The position numbers and the translations under genes were made by a program. From Acidimicrobiales bacterium (GTDB lineage Bacteria > Actinomycetota > Acidimicrobiia > Acidimicrobiales > MedAcidi-G1), in contig JAKURV010000005.1 of the NCBI GenBank assembly GCA_022452035.1, forward strand, positions 19,651 to 83,650: DNA of 64,000 nucleotides, written 5' to 3'. Position 1 is the stretch's first letter, and each line of letters begins with the position of its first letter. This document shows positions 1 through 9,476 of the stretch, in pieces. The notes beneath the pieces were generated by a model that saw only the letters and a program-made list of their open reading frames with translations, searched no databases and was not told where the DNA came from.

Positions 1-351
1 GGCCGCCACACCGAACACCTTGGCCACAACCGGATGCTGGCACTCATGGAGAGCCTGGGCCGATGCCTTGATCCTGCGCAGGTTGCGGAGGGGGTTGGTG
101 GCCACCGCACCACTGGCCCGCTCCGACTGGCCGCCCACATCAGCGCCCGAGCAGAAGTTGCCGCCGGCGCCAGTCAACACGATGGCCCGCACGGACCCGT
201 CTGAGTGAAGGTCCCGGAAGATCCTTCCGAACTCGTTGAACATCGACCCGGTCATGGCATTCATGACCTCGGGACGGTTCATCGTCACGGTGACAATGTC
301 GCCGTCTCGCGTCACGTCCAGCCCTTCGGCCCCTTCGATCACACCGCCCAC
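1..351 (-). CDS. enoyl-CoA hydratase/isomerase (crotonase) family protein; C-terminus lies beyond the window edge
   Basis: Reverse-strand reading from GTG at 351 (GGAGGAG 5 nt upstream) gives VGGVIEGAEGLDVTRDGDIVTVTMNRPEVMNAM...AIVLTGAGGNFCSGADV, the crotonase N-terminal region. The frame stays open to position 1. It is absent from the ORF track because it is open-ended. Confidence 0.8.
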   Translation of the reverse strand, partial: MGGVIEGAEGLDVTRDGDIVTVTMNRPEVMNAMTGSMFNEFGRIFRDLHSDGSVRAIVLTGAGGNFCSGADVGGQSERASGAVATNPLRNLRRIKASAQALHECQHPVVAKVFGVAA

Positions 352-447
352 GTCGCTCCTCCGGTCCTCTTCCTCTCTCGACGTTAGACCGACACAGGGA
401 GACCCAACCCACGGGGCGACCTGTCCGGTGGAGCGCCCACCAGCATT

Positions 448-475
448 CCACCGGTACCACCGGTACCACCGGTGG
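448..475. repeat. tandem 9-bp repeat carrying three ACCGGT palindromes (ccACCGGTaccACCGGTaccACCGGTgg); candidate operator
   Basis: Read directly in the divergent intergenic region, 20 nt upstream of the ATG at 495. Confidence 0.5.
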
Positions 476-494
476 CCGTCGCTAGGGTCGACAC

Positions 495-1541
495 ATGGAC
501 CTGGACCTGACAGAGGATCAGGAGGCGATCCGCGACGTCTTCGCCGACTTCTTCACCTCGGAGACCGGACCCGAACGGGCCCGGGCGGCCGAGCCGGTCG
601 GCTTCGACGCCGCAGCCTGGGAGCGACTGATGGAGACCGGCGCCCCTGGCATGGGCGTCGACGCCGATCTTGGAGGCGGCGGGGCCTCGTTGGCCGACCT
701 AGCCGTGGTGGCCGAGGAGGCCGGAGCCCGAATCGCCCCTCTGCCCCTGGTCGACCACCAGGTCACCGCCCGCCTGTTGGCCAGCGTGGGGGGCTGTGAC
801 GACGACGTCCTGTCCGGTGCAGCCATCGCCGGCCTGGCCGTCCGCCCGGTCGAGGATGGCACCGCCCGTACCGTTCCCACCGGAGCCGTGACCGGCCGTC
901 TAGTCGCCCTAGACGGTGACCGCCTGATAGCCGTCGACGGTCCTCCTGGGGATCCCCTGGCCAACCATGGTTGTCTGCCCCTTGCCCACCGGGAGGTGAG
1001 CGAGGCCACCGTGCTGGCCACGGGACCCGAGGCGATAGCGGCCTACGATCGTGCCCTCGACGAGTGGCGGACCCTCACCGCCTCGACCCTGGTCGGCATC
1101 ACCCGGACTGCCCTGGACCTCGGCGTCGCCTACGTCAAGGAACGGGAGCAGTTCGGTCGCCCGGTGGGCAGCTTCCAGGCCGTCCAGCACCTCTTGGCCG
1201 ACCTGCCCGGGCTCTTAGACGGAGCCCGCTTACTGACCGCTAAGGCGGCGTGGGCCGGTGACCGGGCATCGGCCGGCGAGTCGGGCGTCCTGGACGTGGG
1301 CGCCAACGACGTGACCGACTTTGGCGCCCTGGCCACCATGGCCCTCGTGGTCGCTGGTGAGGCTGCGGCCACTTCGACTGACCGCAGCCTCCACGTGCAC
1401 GGTGGCTACGGCTTCAGCGAGGAGTACGACATCCAGCTGTTCTTCCGCAGGGCCCGCGCCCTCGCCCTGCTGCTGGGAGACCCGGCCCGCGAGTGCCGGC
1501 GGCTGGCTGACCGGATGTTCACCGACCCGGCGGCCGCCTGA
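495..1541 (+). CDS. acyl-CoA dehydrogenase family protein (short, 348 aa; canonical catalytic Glu motif absent)
   Basis: ACAD C-terminal fold (FQAVQHLLAD, HVHGGYGFSEEYDIQLFFRRARA). The stop overlaps the next ACAD start (ATGA at 1538-1541). Confidence 0.8.
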   Translation: MDLDLTEDQEAIRDVFADFFTSETGPERARAAEPVGFDAAAWERLMETGAPGMGVDADLGGGGASLADLAVVAEEAGARIAPLPLVDHQVTARLLASVGGCDDDVLSGAAIAGLAVRPVEDGTARTVPTGAVTGRLVALDGDRLIAVDGPPGDPLANHGCLPLAHREVSEATVLATGPEAIAAYDRALDEWRTLTASTLVGITRTALDLGVAYVKEREQFGRPVGSFQAVQHLLADLPGLLDGARLLTAKAAWAGDRASAGESGVLDVGANDVTDFGALATMALVVAGEAAATSTDRSLHVHGGYGFSEEYDIQLFFRRARALALLLGDPARECRRLADRMFTDPAAA

Positions 1542-2701
1542 TGGACTTCTCCCTCGGCCCCCAAGCCGCCGAGTTTCGCGACCAGATCCGGGCATTCGTG
1601 GCCGAGCACCTGACGACCGAAGTGGTCGACCGAATGCACGCCACCGGCACATTCAACGACAGGGACCTCAATGGGGCACTGGCCGACGCTGGCCTGCTGG
1701 CCGGGGCGGTCCCCGGCTACGGCGACCGTGACCCCATCGAGCTCTACGTGCTGTTCAACGAGTTAGAGAAGGCTGGAGCCCCCTACGACGGACTGGCCGT
1801 CACCATGCTGGTGGCCGGCGTGGTTAACGCAGTGGGTACCGACTTCCACCGGGAAGCGGTGCTGGACCGCCTGTTGACCGGTCGTTTCAACTGTTGCCTG
1901 GGCTACAGCGAACCTGACCACGGTTCGGATTTGGCCGCCATCACCACGAGGGCCGTCCGGGAGGGTGACGGATGGGTGATAAACGGCCAGAAGATGTGGA
2001 CCACCATGGCCCACGAGGCCGACTGGGTGATCCTGCTCACCCGGACCAACCCCGACGTACCCAAGCACAAGGGCCTGACCATGTTCTTGGTCCCCATGGA
2101 CACCCCGGGTATTGAGGTCCAGCCCGTCCCCACCATGGCCACCGAGCGCACAAACGCCACCTTCTACGACGAGGTCCGGGTGGGCGACGAGTGGCGCCTC
2201 GGAGAGGTCGACGGTGGCTGGACCGTCATGGGAGTCGCCCTGGCTTTCGAACGGGGGGTGATGGGCGGCACCAACCCAGCCGTTCCCCTACTGCGCCACG
2301 TCCGGGACTGGGCAGCCACCGCTCCCGCCCCGGATGGCGGACGGATGCTGGACGACCCGGTCCTGCGGGAACGCATGGCACGTACGGCCATCGCCAACCA
2401 GGTGTCCCAGCTCCTGACGCTGCGGGCGGCGTGGATCGCCGCCACTGGCGGACTGCCCGGCCTGGAGGGATCTATGGCCAAGCTGTACGCCACCGAGCGG
2501 TACCAGCAGGCTGTGGGATGGTTCCAACAGATGGCGGGCGCCGAGGGGCTCCTAGGGTTCCACGCCGACGGGGCAGCGGCCGACGGCTGGATCGACTACG
2601 ACGCCCGCCACGCCCCGGTGACCACCATCTACGGCGGAACCACGGAGATCAACCGCAACAACGTGGCCGAGCGCCACCTGGGCCTCCCCCGGGCCCGCTG
2701 A
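1541..2701 (+). CDS. acyl-CoA dehydrogenase
   Basis: 386 aa with a typical ACAD layout (GYSEPDHGSDLAA, INGQKMWTT, IYGGTTEINRN). Translationally coupled to the preceding ACAD. Confidence 0.85.
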   Translation: MDFSLGPQAAEFRDQIRAFVAEHLTTEVVDRMHATGTFNDRDLNGALADAGLLAGAVPGYGDRDPIELYVLFNELEKAGAPYDGLAVTMLVAGVVNAVGTDFHREAVLDRLLTGRFNCCLGYSEPDHGSDLAAITTRAVREGDGWVINGQKMWTTMAHEADWVILLTRTNPDVPKHKGLTMFLVPMDTPGIEVQPVPTMATERTNATFYDEVRVGDEWRLGEVDGGWTVMGVALAFERGVMGGTNPAVPLLRHVRDWAATAPAPDGGRMLDDPVLRERMARTAIANQVSQLLTLRAAWIAATGGLPGLEGSMAKLYATERYQQAVGWFQQMAGAEGLLGFHADGAAADGWIDYDARHAPVTTIYGGTTEINRNNVAERHLGLPRAR

Positions 2702-2722
2702 ACCCGTTCCCCCCGGGTCGGG

Positions 2723-3514
2723 TCAGTCCAGGAGCCGGTCGCGCAAGTCGGCTATCCGGTCCTCGGTGAGGCCCAATCCGTCGCGCAACATGCACCCGGC
2801 GCCGCCCCATCGGTCATCCACGGCAGCTAGCTGCGCCTCGACGTAGGCCGGGGCCACCTCGATGAACGGCCGCAAGAGCTCCAGCCCCTCTTCGGTGAGC
2901 ATGCCCCCGTCCACCAGGGCTGCCGCCCGGCGTGTCCCCACCCGGTTGCTCTCCAGATAGTGCTCCACGATGGCGTCCCGCTCCACGCCAAGGGCCAACA
3001 GCAGGATGGTCCCCACCCACCCGGCCCGGTCCTTACCGGCCGAGCAGTGCCACACCAGCGGCCACCGGTCGGCATCGGTTACGAGATCCATGACCCGACA
3101 GAAGGCCTCGACCCTCCCCGGGTGCTCCACCATGTTACGAGCGCCCTTCGTGGCGATGGCCGCCGCCCGGCCGTCGGACCACACGGCACGCATGGCCTCC
3201 ACGTCGCCGGTGGTGATGAACTCCCGGATGTCGGCCCCAAAGCCTCCTTCGTCAGGGATGGGTGCCGGGATCCCGACCGCGCCCTCAGGTATCCGGTCAG
3301 CGCCCTCGTACCGGGAGTCCACCTCGTTGCGCAGGTCCACCACCGTCCGGATGCCCAGGGCATGCAGGCGAGCCAGGTCGGCGTCAGAAGCCCGACCCAG
3401 GTGTCCTGACCGCCACAGCAGGCCACCGACCGTGGTCCGACCGTCGGTGGTGGGCAGACCACCGATGCCTCGGAAGTTGGCGATCCTGTCCATCTCGGTC
3501 GCGGTGGGCTCCAT
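2723..3514 (-). CDS. protein-tyrosine phosphatase family protein (CX5R type)
   Basis: Active-site HCSAGKDRAGW. I trimmed the 340-aa ORF to the internal ATG at 3514 (MEPTATEMDRIANFRG...), because the upstream part is R/G/P-rich and overlaps the divergent gene. Confidence 0.7.
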   Translation of the reverse strand: MEPTATEMDRIANFRGIGGLPTTDGRTTVGGLLWRSGHLGRASDADLARLHALGIRTVVDLRNEVDSRYEGADRIPEGAVGIPAPIPDEGGFGADIREFITTGDVEAMRAVWSDGRAAAIATKGARNMVEHPGRVEAFCRVMDLVTDADRWPLVWHCSAGKDRAGWVGTILLLALGVERDAIVEHYLESNRVGTRRAAALVDGGMLTEEGLELLRPFIEVAPAYVEAQLAAVDDRWGGAGCMLRDGLGLTEDRIADLRDRLLD

Positions 3515-3520
3515 CACGGG

Positions 3521-4402
3521 ATGATGGCACGGCACGTTCCCGCACCCCACCTCCGATGGCCGTACCATCGGGTCGTGTCCGACGGTCCGGCCTCCCATCC
3601 CGACGTCCTGCTGGTCGACGACCCGCGCCCCGGTGTACGACGGCTGACCCTGAACCGGCCCGAGAAGCGCAACGCCCTGAACAACGCCCTTCGGGGAGCT
3701 CTGTTCGCCGCGCTCCAGGAGGCCGACCGCGACAACGCCGTCCACGTGACCATCCTCCGGGGAGCCGGACCGTGCTTCTCCTCTGGGTACGACCTGGGCT
3801 CAGACCTCAGCGCCGACCGACCCTCCTACACGCCGGGGGGTGACGGAGGCTGGGCCCGTCACGTCACCGACGGATGGCTGTCGCTGTGGGACTTGGCCAA
3901 GCCGGTAATTGCCCAGGTCCACGGCTACGCCATGGCCGGGGGCTCCGAGCTGGCCGCGGCCTGCGACCTCGTCTACTTGGCCAACGACGCCACCATCTCC
4001 CATCCCGTGCTCCGAGTAGCCGGAACACCTGACTTCGCCATCCACCCGTGGCTGGTCGGCCTACGCAACTCCCTGGAGATGGTCCTTACCGGCGATCCGG
4101 TAGACGCCGCCGAAGCGGTCCGCGTCGGTTACGCCAACCGTGCGTTTCCTGCTACCGAGCTGGATGAAGCGGTGCTGGCTGTAGCCGAGCGCATGGCCTC
4201 CATCCCCCACGAACTCCTACAGCTCAACAAGCGCTGGGTATACCGGGCGATGGACGCCATGGGTGCCCGAACGGCCATCCGGTCGGCCCCCGACCTGGGT
4301 GCCCTGGGCCCTCACGTCCCGTCGATCCAGGCGAACCTGGACGGGCTCCGGAGCCGGATACGCGACGCCGCCCGCTCACCGGACGACGACCCGGCAACCT
4401 GA
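3521..4402 (+). CDS. enoyl-CoA hydratase/isomerase family protein
   Basis: LTLNRPEKRNALN ... ILRGAGPCFSSGYDL ... VHGYAMAGGSELAAACD, the crotonase signature. Confidence 0.85.
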   Translation: MMARHVPAPHLRWPYHRVVSDGPASHPDVLLVDDPRPGVRRLTLNRPEKRNALNNALRGALFAALQEADRDNAVHVTILRGAGPCFSSGYDLGSDLSADRPSYTPGGDGGWARHVTDGWLSLWDLAKPVIAQVHGYAMAGGSELAAACDLVYLANDATISHPVLRVAGTPDFAIHPWLVGLRNSLEMVLTGDPVDAAEAVRVGYANRAFPATELDEAVLAVAERMASIPHELLQLNKRWVYRAMDAMGARTAIRSAPDLGALGPHVPSIQANLDGLRSRIRDAARSPDDDPAT

Positions 4403-4415
4403 CGGTCCGACCCAA

Positions 4416-5339
4416 TCAGGCGCCGCTTGGGACCCGCCTGGTCCGACTGGCCATCCGGTTCTCGAAGGTCTCGGCCTGGGCAATCAGGGCCCCCGGAATG
4501 GCCAGGATCTTCTCTTGCAGTTCCTCGCCCCGGGGGTCAAGGCCCTCGATGGACCCCACCTTCCAGTGGCGGAGCAGCGGTTGGACCACCTGTTCGGCAT
4601 GGATCCGTAGGTTGTAGATCCCGGCCCGGGCAATGGCCACGGCCCGTCGGCTGAAGTTCGGAATCACGGTCCCGGGCATGTTGAAGTCGGACAGGACCCG
4701 GTGGAGCGCCCCCAGCACGAAGGTGGGCGCCTGGCGCAGCATGGCCGTGGTCACTCCCCGGTAGAACATGAAGTGGTGGTTCTCGTCGGCGGCCACTCGG
4801 GTCATGACCTCGTGGGCCACCGGACAGTCGGCCTTCACCCCAGTGTTGCGGTGGCTGATACGGGTGGCCAGTTCCTGGGCCGACGTGTAGGCGAAGACCT
4901 CCACAGGGCACGGGGAGTCGTAACGCCAACCGCGGGTCACCGTGGCCAACCGCTCGTCCTCCAGTTGGGCAGGATCGCAGTTCCGGGTGGCCAGCAGGTA
5001 GTTACGGATGGCAATGGAGTGCTGGCCCTCCTCAGCCGTCCAGAGGCGGGACCATTCGGCCATCGGCGAGTCCTCGGGGAAGCTGCCAGCGATCTTGGCG
5101 TGGTAGTAGGGGAGGTTGTCCTCGGTCAGCAGGTTCAACTGCAGAGCGGTACGGACCTCCGGGGACAACGTGGCCTGGGACTCCTCCCACGGTTCGTCGC
5201 GGAAACTCCGGCCCAGTTCCCAAGGAACAACGTCGTGGGCATACCAATGCTGTCGGCGCTCCCGGTGCTCGGCCATGAGCCGGGAGATCTCCGGCTCGAC
5301 GGACGAGACCAACTCGAACGATTCGGTGGTGGCGGTCAC
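4416..5339 (-). CDS. desA: acyl-ACP desaturase (soluble di-iron, DesA-like)
   Basis: Di-iron ligand motifs TAEEGQH and ADENHH. Overall similarity to mycobacterial DesA1/DesA2-type proteins is from memory. Confidence 0.8.
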   Translation of the reverse strand: MTATTESFELVSSVEPEISRLMAEHRERRQHWYAHDVVPWELGRSFRDEPWEESQATLSPEVRTALQLNLLTEDNLPYYHAKIAGSFPEDSPMAEWSRLWTAEEGQHSIAIRNYLLATRNCDPAQLEDERLATVTRGWRYDSPCPVEVFAYTSAQELATRISHRNTGVKADCPVAHEVMTRVAADENHHFMFYRGVTTAMLRQAPTFVLGALHRVLSDFNMPGTVIPNFSRRAVAIARAGIYNLRIHAEQVVQPLLRHWKVGSIEGLDPRGEELQEKILAIPGALIAQAETFENRMASRTRRVPSGA

Positions 5340-5454
5340 GGCGCTCCGATCCCATTCCGGGCCGCCCCTCAGCCCGGTAAGGAACAGGCTAGGTCACCCC
5401 GGGGAAACCCGGTACCCGGCACCCTGTCACGCCCGAAGGGGCGCTCCCGTCCGA

Positions 5455-8259
5455 TCAGTCGGTGACAGCGGGCTCGAGGTCGTCGTAGGTCTTGTTTCGA
5501 CGGAACTCGGTGATGATCTTCTTCGACGTCGTGGCCAGCATCACTCCGGCGAACGCGGTGAGAAAAGAGCCGGCGCCACTGACGGTCTTGAGGTCCGACA
5601 CCCGGGCCAGGCTGGCGATCCACACGATGCCGATCAGCGCTAGGCCACCTCCCGCGCCGGCAACCATGACACTCCAGCGCCATCTTCGGTTCTCGTCCAG
5701 GCCCAGCAAACCCGATGCCGGCACGGTGAGCGCCGCGCCGATGATGGACATCGTGATGGCCAGGCGGCCAAGCCCGCCACCGTCCTCCGAAAGCCCGTCG
5801 GTGACCACCAGAGCATTCATTCGGTACTTGTTGCGCAGAGAGGCGGCCTTTCCACTGTTTGATGCTGCCATGGCCGGATTCTCGTTCGTCTCGTCCCGAA
5901 GTCGAATCAGTTCCGCTTTGACCTCTTCGGGAAGCTCGGTCGCTCGACGTTCGTCGAAGGTCCAACCGGAAATCGAACCGATCAGGACCAGGGCAACGGC
6001 GAGGGCGCCCGCACCCATCCGACCCCAGCTGATGATTCGGTCCAAAGGTCGGAAGGCTGAGTAGGGCGCCGTCTGCAGGGCCAGGACCGCGCCGGCCAGC
6101 ATCACGATGCTGGCCACGATGGCCAGCATCACGCCCGGGCCGTGGTTGTAGGTCTCAACGTCGACGAAGGGGGAGGCCACCTGGTAGGTGAGGGCGGCGA
6201 CCAGCATGCAGCTCGAGGTGATGACCATGGTGTCTGCTGCGAACCAGCGGGAGCCTGACCGTAGGACGACCACGACCATCACGCCGATGGTGACGGTGGT
6301 CAGCAACTGCATGTCCAGGAACACCGCCGAATCGCCGGAGCCGATACTCCCGATGACCAGCCATCGGAGGGCGACGCCACTTGCCAGCGCTCCCAGGACG
6401 GTGACCCGCTGCTCGGAACCGGTTCCGTCAAGTACCCGATAGACGGCTCCGGCCAACGCGAGGGCCACCAGGTCCTTGACGTCGAGCACGGTCGAGAGCG
6501 GTGCGACGGCCATGCCCACGATGGCAACCACCGCAGCAGCCACCAAGTTGTTCCAGGTCATCCGATCGGCATCGAACAGGCTCGTACTGTTCAGGACGGC
6601 CAGCACGATCGCTCCGAGGGCGAGGACGATCACGGCGAGGACCTCTCCGGCCATACCGGTCGGGCTTTCGAAGATGTGCCCGAGCAGGCCCGCCGTGACG
6701 GCCCAAGTCCCGACCATCTGCCAGGACACCGGAACCGCCACCTTCGCTAGGCCGAGAACGAGGCCGAGGATCGCCGGAATCGCGAAGGTCTCGACGACCA
6801 CCGACCAGAAGGCCTGGGCCTCATAGCCCTGGAGGTTGGAAAGCATCGTGTACCCGTCGAACTCGCCCAGGATCGGGTACATGAAGATGGCGGTGAACGC
6901 GCCGAGCGCCAGGGATACCAGGCCGGCAGGACCTCGGGCCCGTCCGATCCCGCCCGTCCAGAAGATGCAGGAGACGGCGGCGAAGACGGAGAAGAAGCCC
7001 AGAGCCAGAACAACAAGGCCAGCCCACGAGCCACCGGATGCCTGGTAGCCGTTGAACGACTCGCCGATGAGGTCTACGTCTGCTTTACGGGAATGGCTGC
7101 TAAGGAGGCCAGCATCGTTGCCCCATGTCATCTTGGTGGAGAGGACCGCGACGAACCCGGCGATGCCGACGACGGCCATGCCGAGGCGCTCACGTCCCGA
7201 GGCCACTACCTCGTGCTCGACGTGGACGGCCTTTGATGCCTTCTGGTCTTCGGTCTCGGCTGCCTCGACCTTCTTGAGGAGTTCTTCAGGGTCCCGGCGC
7301 TGGCTCATGGCCTCCCGGATCCGGGATAACAGGTTCTGTCCACCCTCCTCTTCGGGCTGGGAGAGGCGGTCTAGTACGACGGCCACTGCCCACAAGGCGA
7401 GACCGGATGAGATGCCGAGGCCGATGTCGAGGTTCTGGACGGCCCGGAAGACCAGGAGTCCGAGGCCCCCGGCGCCCATGATGGCGGCGATGCCGACCAT
7501 GGCGATGGCCAGCATGAGGGTCTGGTTGAGACCGGCCATGATCGAGGGCTTGGCCAGCGGCAACTGGACGTCGGTCAGGACACGTAACTCGGTGGATCCG
7601 TACGCCCTGCTGGCCTCCACGACGTCCTCGGGAACGTGTCTGATGCCCAGGTTGACCATACGCACCAGCGGTGGCAGGGCGTAGATCATGGTCACCATGG
7701 TCGCTGGGACGACTCCGATGCTGAAGAAGAACACGAACGGCACCATGTAGACGAACGTGTGGACAGTCTGCATGGCGTCCAGGATCGGTCTGGTCACGTT
7801 CCACGCCGAGTCCACCCGGGCGCAAAAAACCCCGAGTGGGAGGCCGACGAGCGCGCACAACCCGACGGCCACGAGAACCATCCCGATGGTCCGCATGGTC
7901 TCCACCCAGTACATCGATCCGAGCAGGCCGCACATCATCAGGCCGAGCCCGGCCATAATGCCGATCTTCGGCGTCCGCACCAGCGAGCCGAGGATTACCG
8001 TGAAGAGCACCACCTGGTACCAGGGAAGCTGTAGCAGGAAGTCGTTGACGACATTCGAGAGCAGGAAGTCGAACGGCCACTTGACGGTATCGAGGAACCA
8101 CTGGGCGTTGGCGTCCAACCAGTCGACCATCTGGTCGAACCAGTACCCCACCGGCAACTGGAACTGGTCAAGGACCTTGGTATCGGAGAGGCCCACGCCC
8201 TCGCTTCGTCCGGTCCATTCGCCGGTCTCGCCGCCAATGACCCAGGTGGTCCATCTCAC
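5455..8259 (-). CDS. proW: glycine betaine/proline betaine-type ABC transporter permease (ProW/OpuAB-like core) fused to a ~575-aa polytopic C-terminal extension
   Basis: Residues ~60-300 form a ProW-like TMD with an EAA loop (VEASRAYGSTELRVLTDVQLPLAKPSI). A charged linker follows (QPEEEGG...EDQKASKAVHVEHE), then a long run of hydrophobic segments to residue 934. The start overlaps the proV stop by 4 nt. Confidence 0.8.
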   Translation of the reverse strand: MRWTTWVIGGETGEWTGRSEGVGLSDTKVLDQFQLPVGYWFDQMVDWLDANAQWFLDTVKWPFDFLLSNVVNDFLLQLPWYQVVLFTVILGSLVRTPKIGIMAGLGLMMCGLLGSMYWVETMRTIGMVLVAVGLCALVGLPLGVFCARVDSAWNVTRPILDAMQTVHTFVYMVPFVFFFSIGVVPATMVTMIYALPPLVRMVNLGIRHVPEDVVEASRAYGSTELRVLTDVQLPLAKPSIMAGLNQTLMLAIAMVGIAAIMGAGGLGLLVFRAVQNLDIGLGISSGLALWAVAVVLDRLSQPEEEGGQNLLSRIREAMSQRRDPEELLKKVEAAETEDQKASKAVHVEHEVVASGRERLGMAVVGIAGFVAVLSTKMTWGNDAGLLSSHSRKADVDLIGESFNGYQASGGSWAGLVVLALGFFSVFAAVSCIFWTGGIGRARGPAGLVSLALGAFTAIFMYPILGEFDGYTMLSNLQGYEAQAFWSVVVETFAIPAILGLVLGLAKVAVPVSWQMVGTWAVTAGLLGHIFESPTGMAGEVLAVIVLALGAIVLAVLNSTSLFDADRMTWNNLVAAAVVAIVGMAVAPLSTVLDVKDLVALALAGAVYRVLDGTGSEQRVTVLGALASGVALRWLVIGSIGSGDSAVFLDMQLLTTVTIGVMVVVVLRSGSRWFAADTMVITSSCMLVAALTYQVASPFVDVETYNHGPGVMLAIVASIVMLAGAVLALQTAPYSAFRPLDRIISWGRMGAGALAVALVLIGSISGWTFDERRATELPEEVKAELIRLRDETNENPAMAASNSGKAASLRNKYRMNALVVTDGLSEDGGGLGRLAITMSIIGAALTVPASGLLGLDENRRWRWSVMVAGAGGGLALIGIVWIASLARVSDLKTVSGAGSFLTAFAGVMLATTSKKIITEFRRNKTYDDLEPAVTD

Positions 8260-9476
8260 AGGAAGACCTCCCGCTCGAACCCGTCCACCAACTGCTCTAC
8301 CCGGCCCATCTCCTCCATGATCTCCCGAGGTTCGAGCTCACCGATCAGGTGGCCTGTGTCGTCCACCACGGCAATCGGGAGCCCCCGACCGGCCGCCGCG
8401 TAGTTGTCACTGAACCGTGCCTCAATGGTGGTGGAGTCGAAGTCTGACCGCAGCACCAAGCCCAGGTCGGTCGTCCCGTGGGCGATGGCCGTGGCGGCGT
8501 CGGTCATAGCCAGCAGGCCGGTAGGCCGGCCGTCGGCGTCGACCACAAAGGCACCTTGCCGATCGCCCATGGCGTCGATGCTTTCTGTGAGGGTCCACGA
8601 CTCGTTGAGGATCACCGGGGTCTCCATGATCTTGCCCACGTCAATGACCCGGCCCTGGTCCACGTCCTGGACGAACTCAGCCACGTATCCGTCTGCCGGT
8701 TCGGTGAGGATCTCCTCAGGCGTCCCGATCTGGATCACCTTGCCGTCGCGGAGGATGCAGACCCGGTTGCCGACGCGCAGGGCTTCGTTCAGGTCGTGGG
8801 TGATGAACACGATCGTCTTGTGGAGCTTGTCCTGGATCGCCATCAGCTCATCCTGCATCTGGCGCCGGATCAGCGGATCCAGTGCGCTGAAGGCCTCATC
8901 CATGAGCAGGATCTCCGGGTTGGAGCACAGCGCCCTAGCAAGACCCACGCGCTGCTGCATGCCTCCGGACAGTTGGCGGGTGGCGTTGAAGGCATAGGCC
9001 TCGAGCCCGACCATGGCCAGCGCCTCGATGGCCGCCTCGTGGCGTTCTTTCTTATCCACACCCTGGACCTTCAGGCCGTAGGCGGTGTTGTCAATGACAT
9101 TACGGTGGGGGAAGAGGGCAAAGTGCTGGAAGACCATGGCTGTCTTCTCACGGCGGAAGGCCTGGAGGGCGGCGCCCCGGAGTTGTTGGACGTCTGTTCC
9201 CTCGACCAGGACACGACCATGGGTTACGTCGTGCAGTTTGTTCACCGTTCGAATGGCCGTCGACTTGCCCGATCCGGACAGTCCCATGACCACGAAGATC
9301 TCACCCTTCTGTACCTCGAAGGAGATGTCACGCATCCCGACGACGTGACCGGTCTGCCGTTGGACCTCGTCCTTGCCGACGTCCGCCGAGCAGAGGTCAA
9401 ACGCCCGCCCACGCGGGTTCGGGCCGAAGATCTTGTAAACGTTCTCCAGTGCAATGATCGGCTCGGAGTCCGACAT
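8256..9476 (-). CDS. proV: glycine betaine/L-proline ABC transporter ATP-binding protein with C-terminal CBS pair
   Basis: Walker A GLSGSGKST, signature LSGGMQQR, Walker B ILLMDEAFSALD, and a C-terminal CBS-like region. Start set at ATG 9476 (MSDSEPIIALENVYKIFG) with AAGGAGAGG upstream. Confidence 0.9.
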   Translation of the reverse strand: MSDSEPIIALENVYKIFGPNPRGRAFDLCSADVGKDEVQRQTGHVVGMRDISFEVQKGEIFVVMGLSGSGKSTAIRTVNKLHDVTHGRVLVEGTDVQQLRGAALQAFRREKTAMVFQHFALFPHRNVIDNTAYGLKVQGVDKKERHEAAIEALAMVGLEAYAFNATRQLSGGMQQRVGLARALCSNPEILLMDEAFSALDPLIRRQMQDELMAIQDKLHKTIVFITHDLNEALRVGNRVCILRDGKVIQIGTPEEILTEPADGYVAEFVQDVDQGRVIDVGKIMETPVILNESWTLTESIDAMGDRQGAFVVDADGRPTGLLAMTDAATAIAHGTTDLGLVLRSDFDSTTIEARFSDNYAAAGRGLPIAVVDDTGHLIGELEPREIMEEMGRVEQLVDGFEREVFL

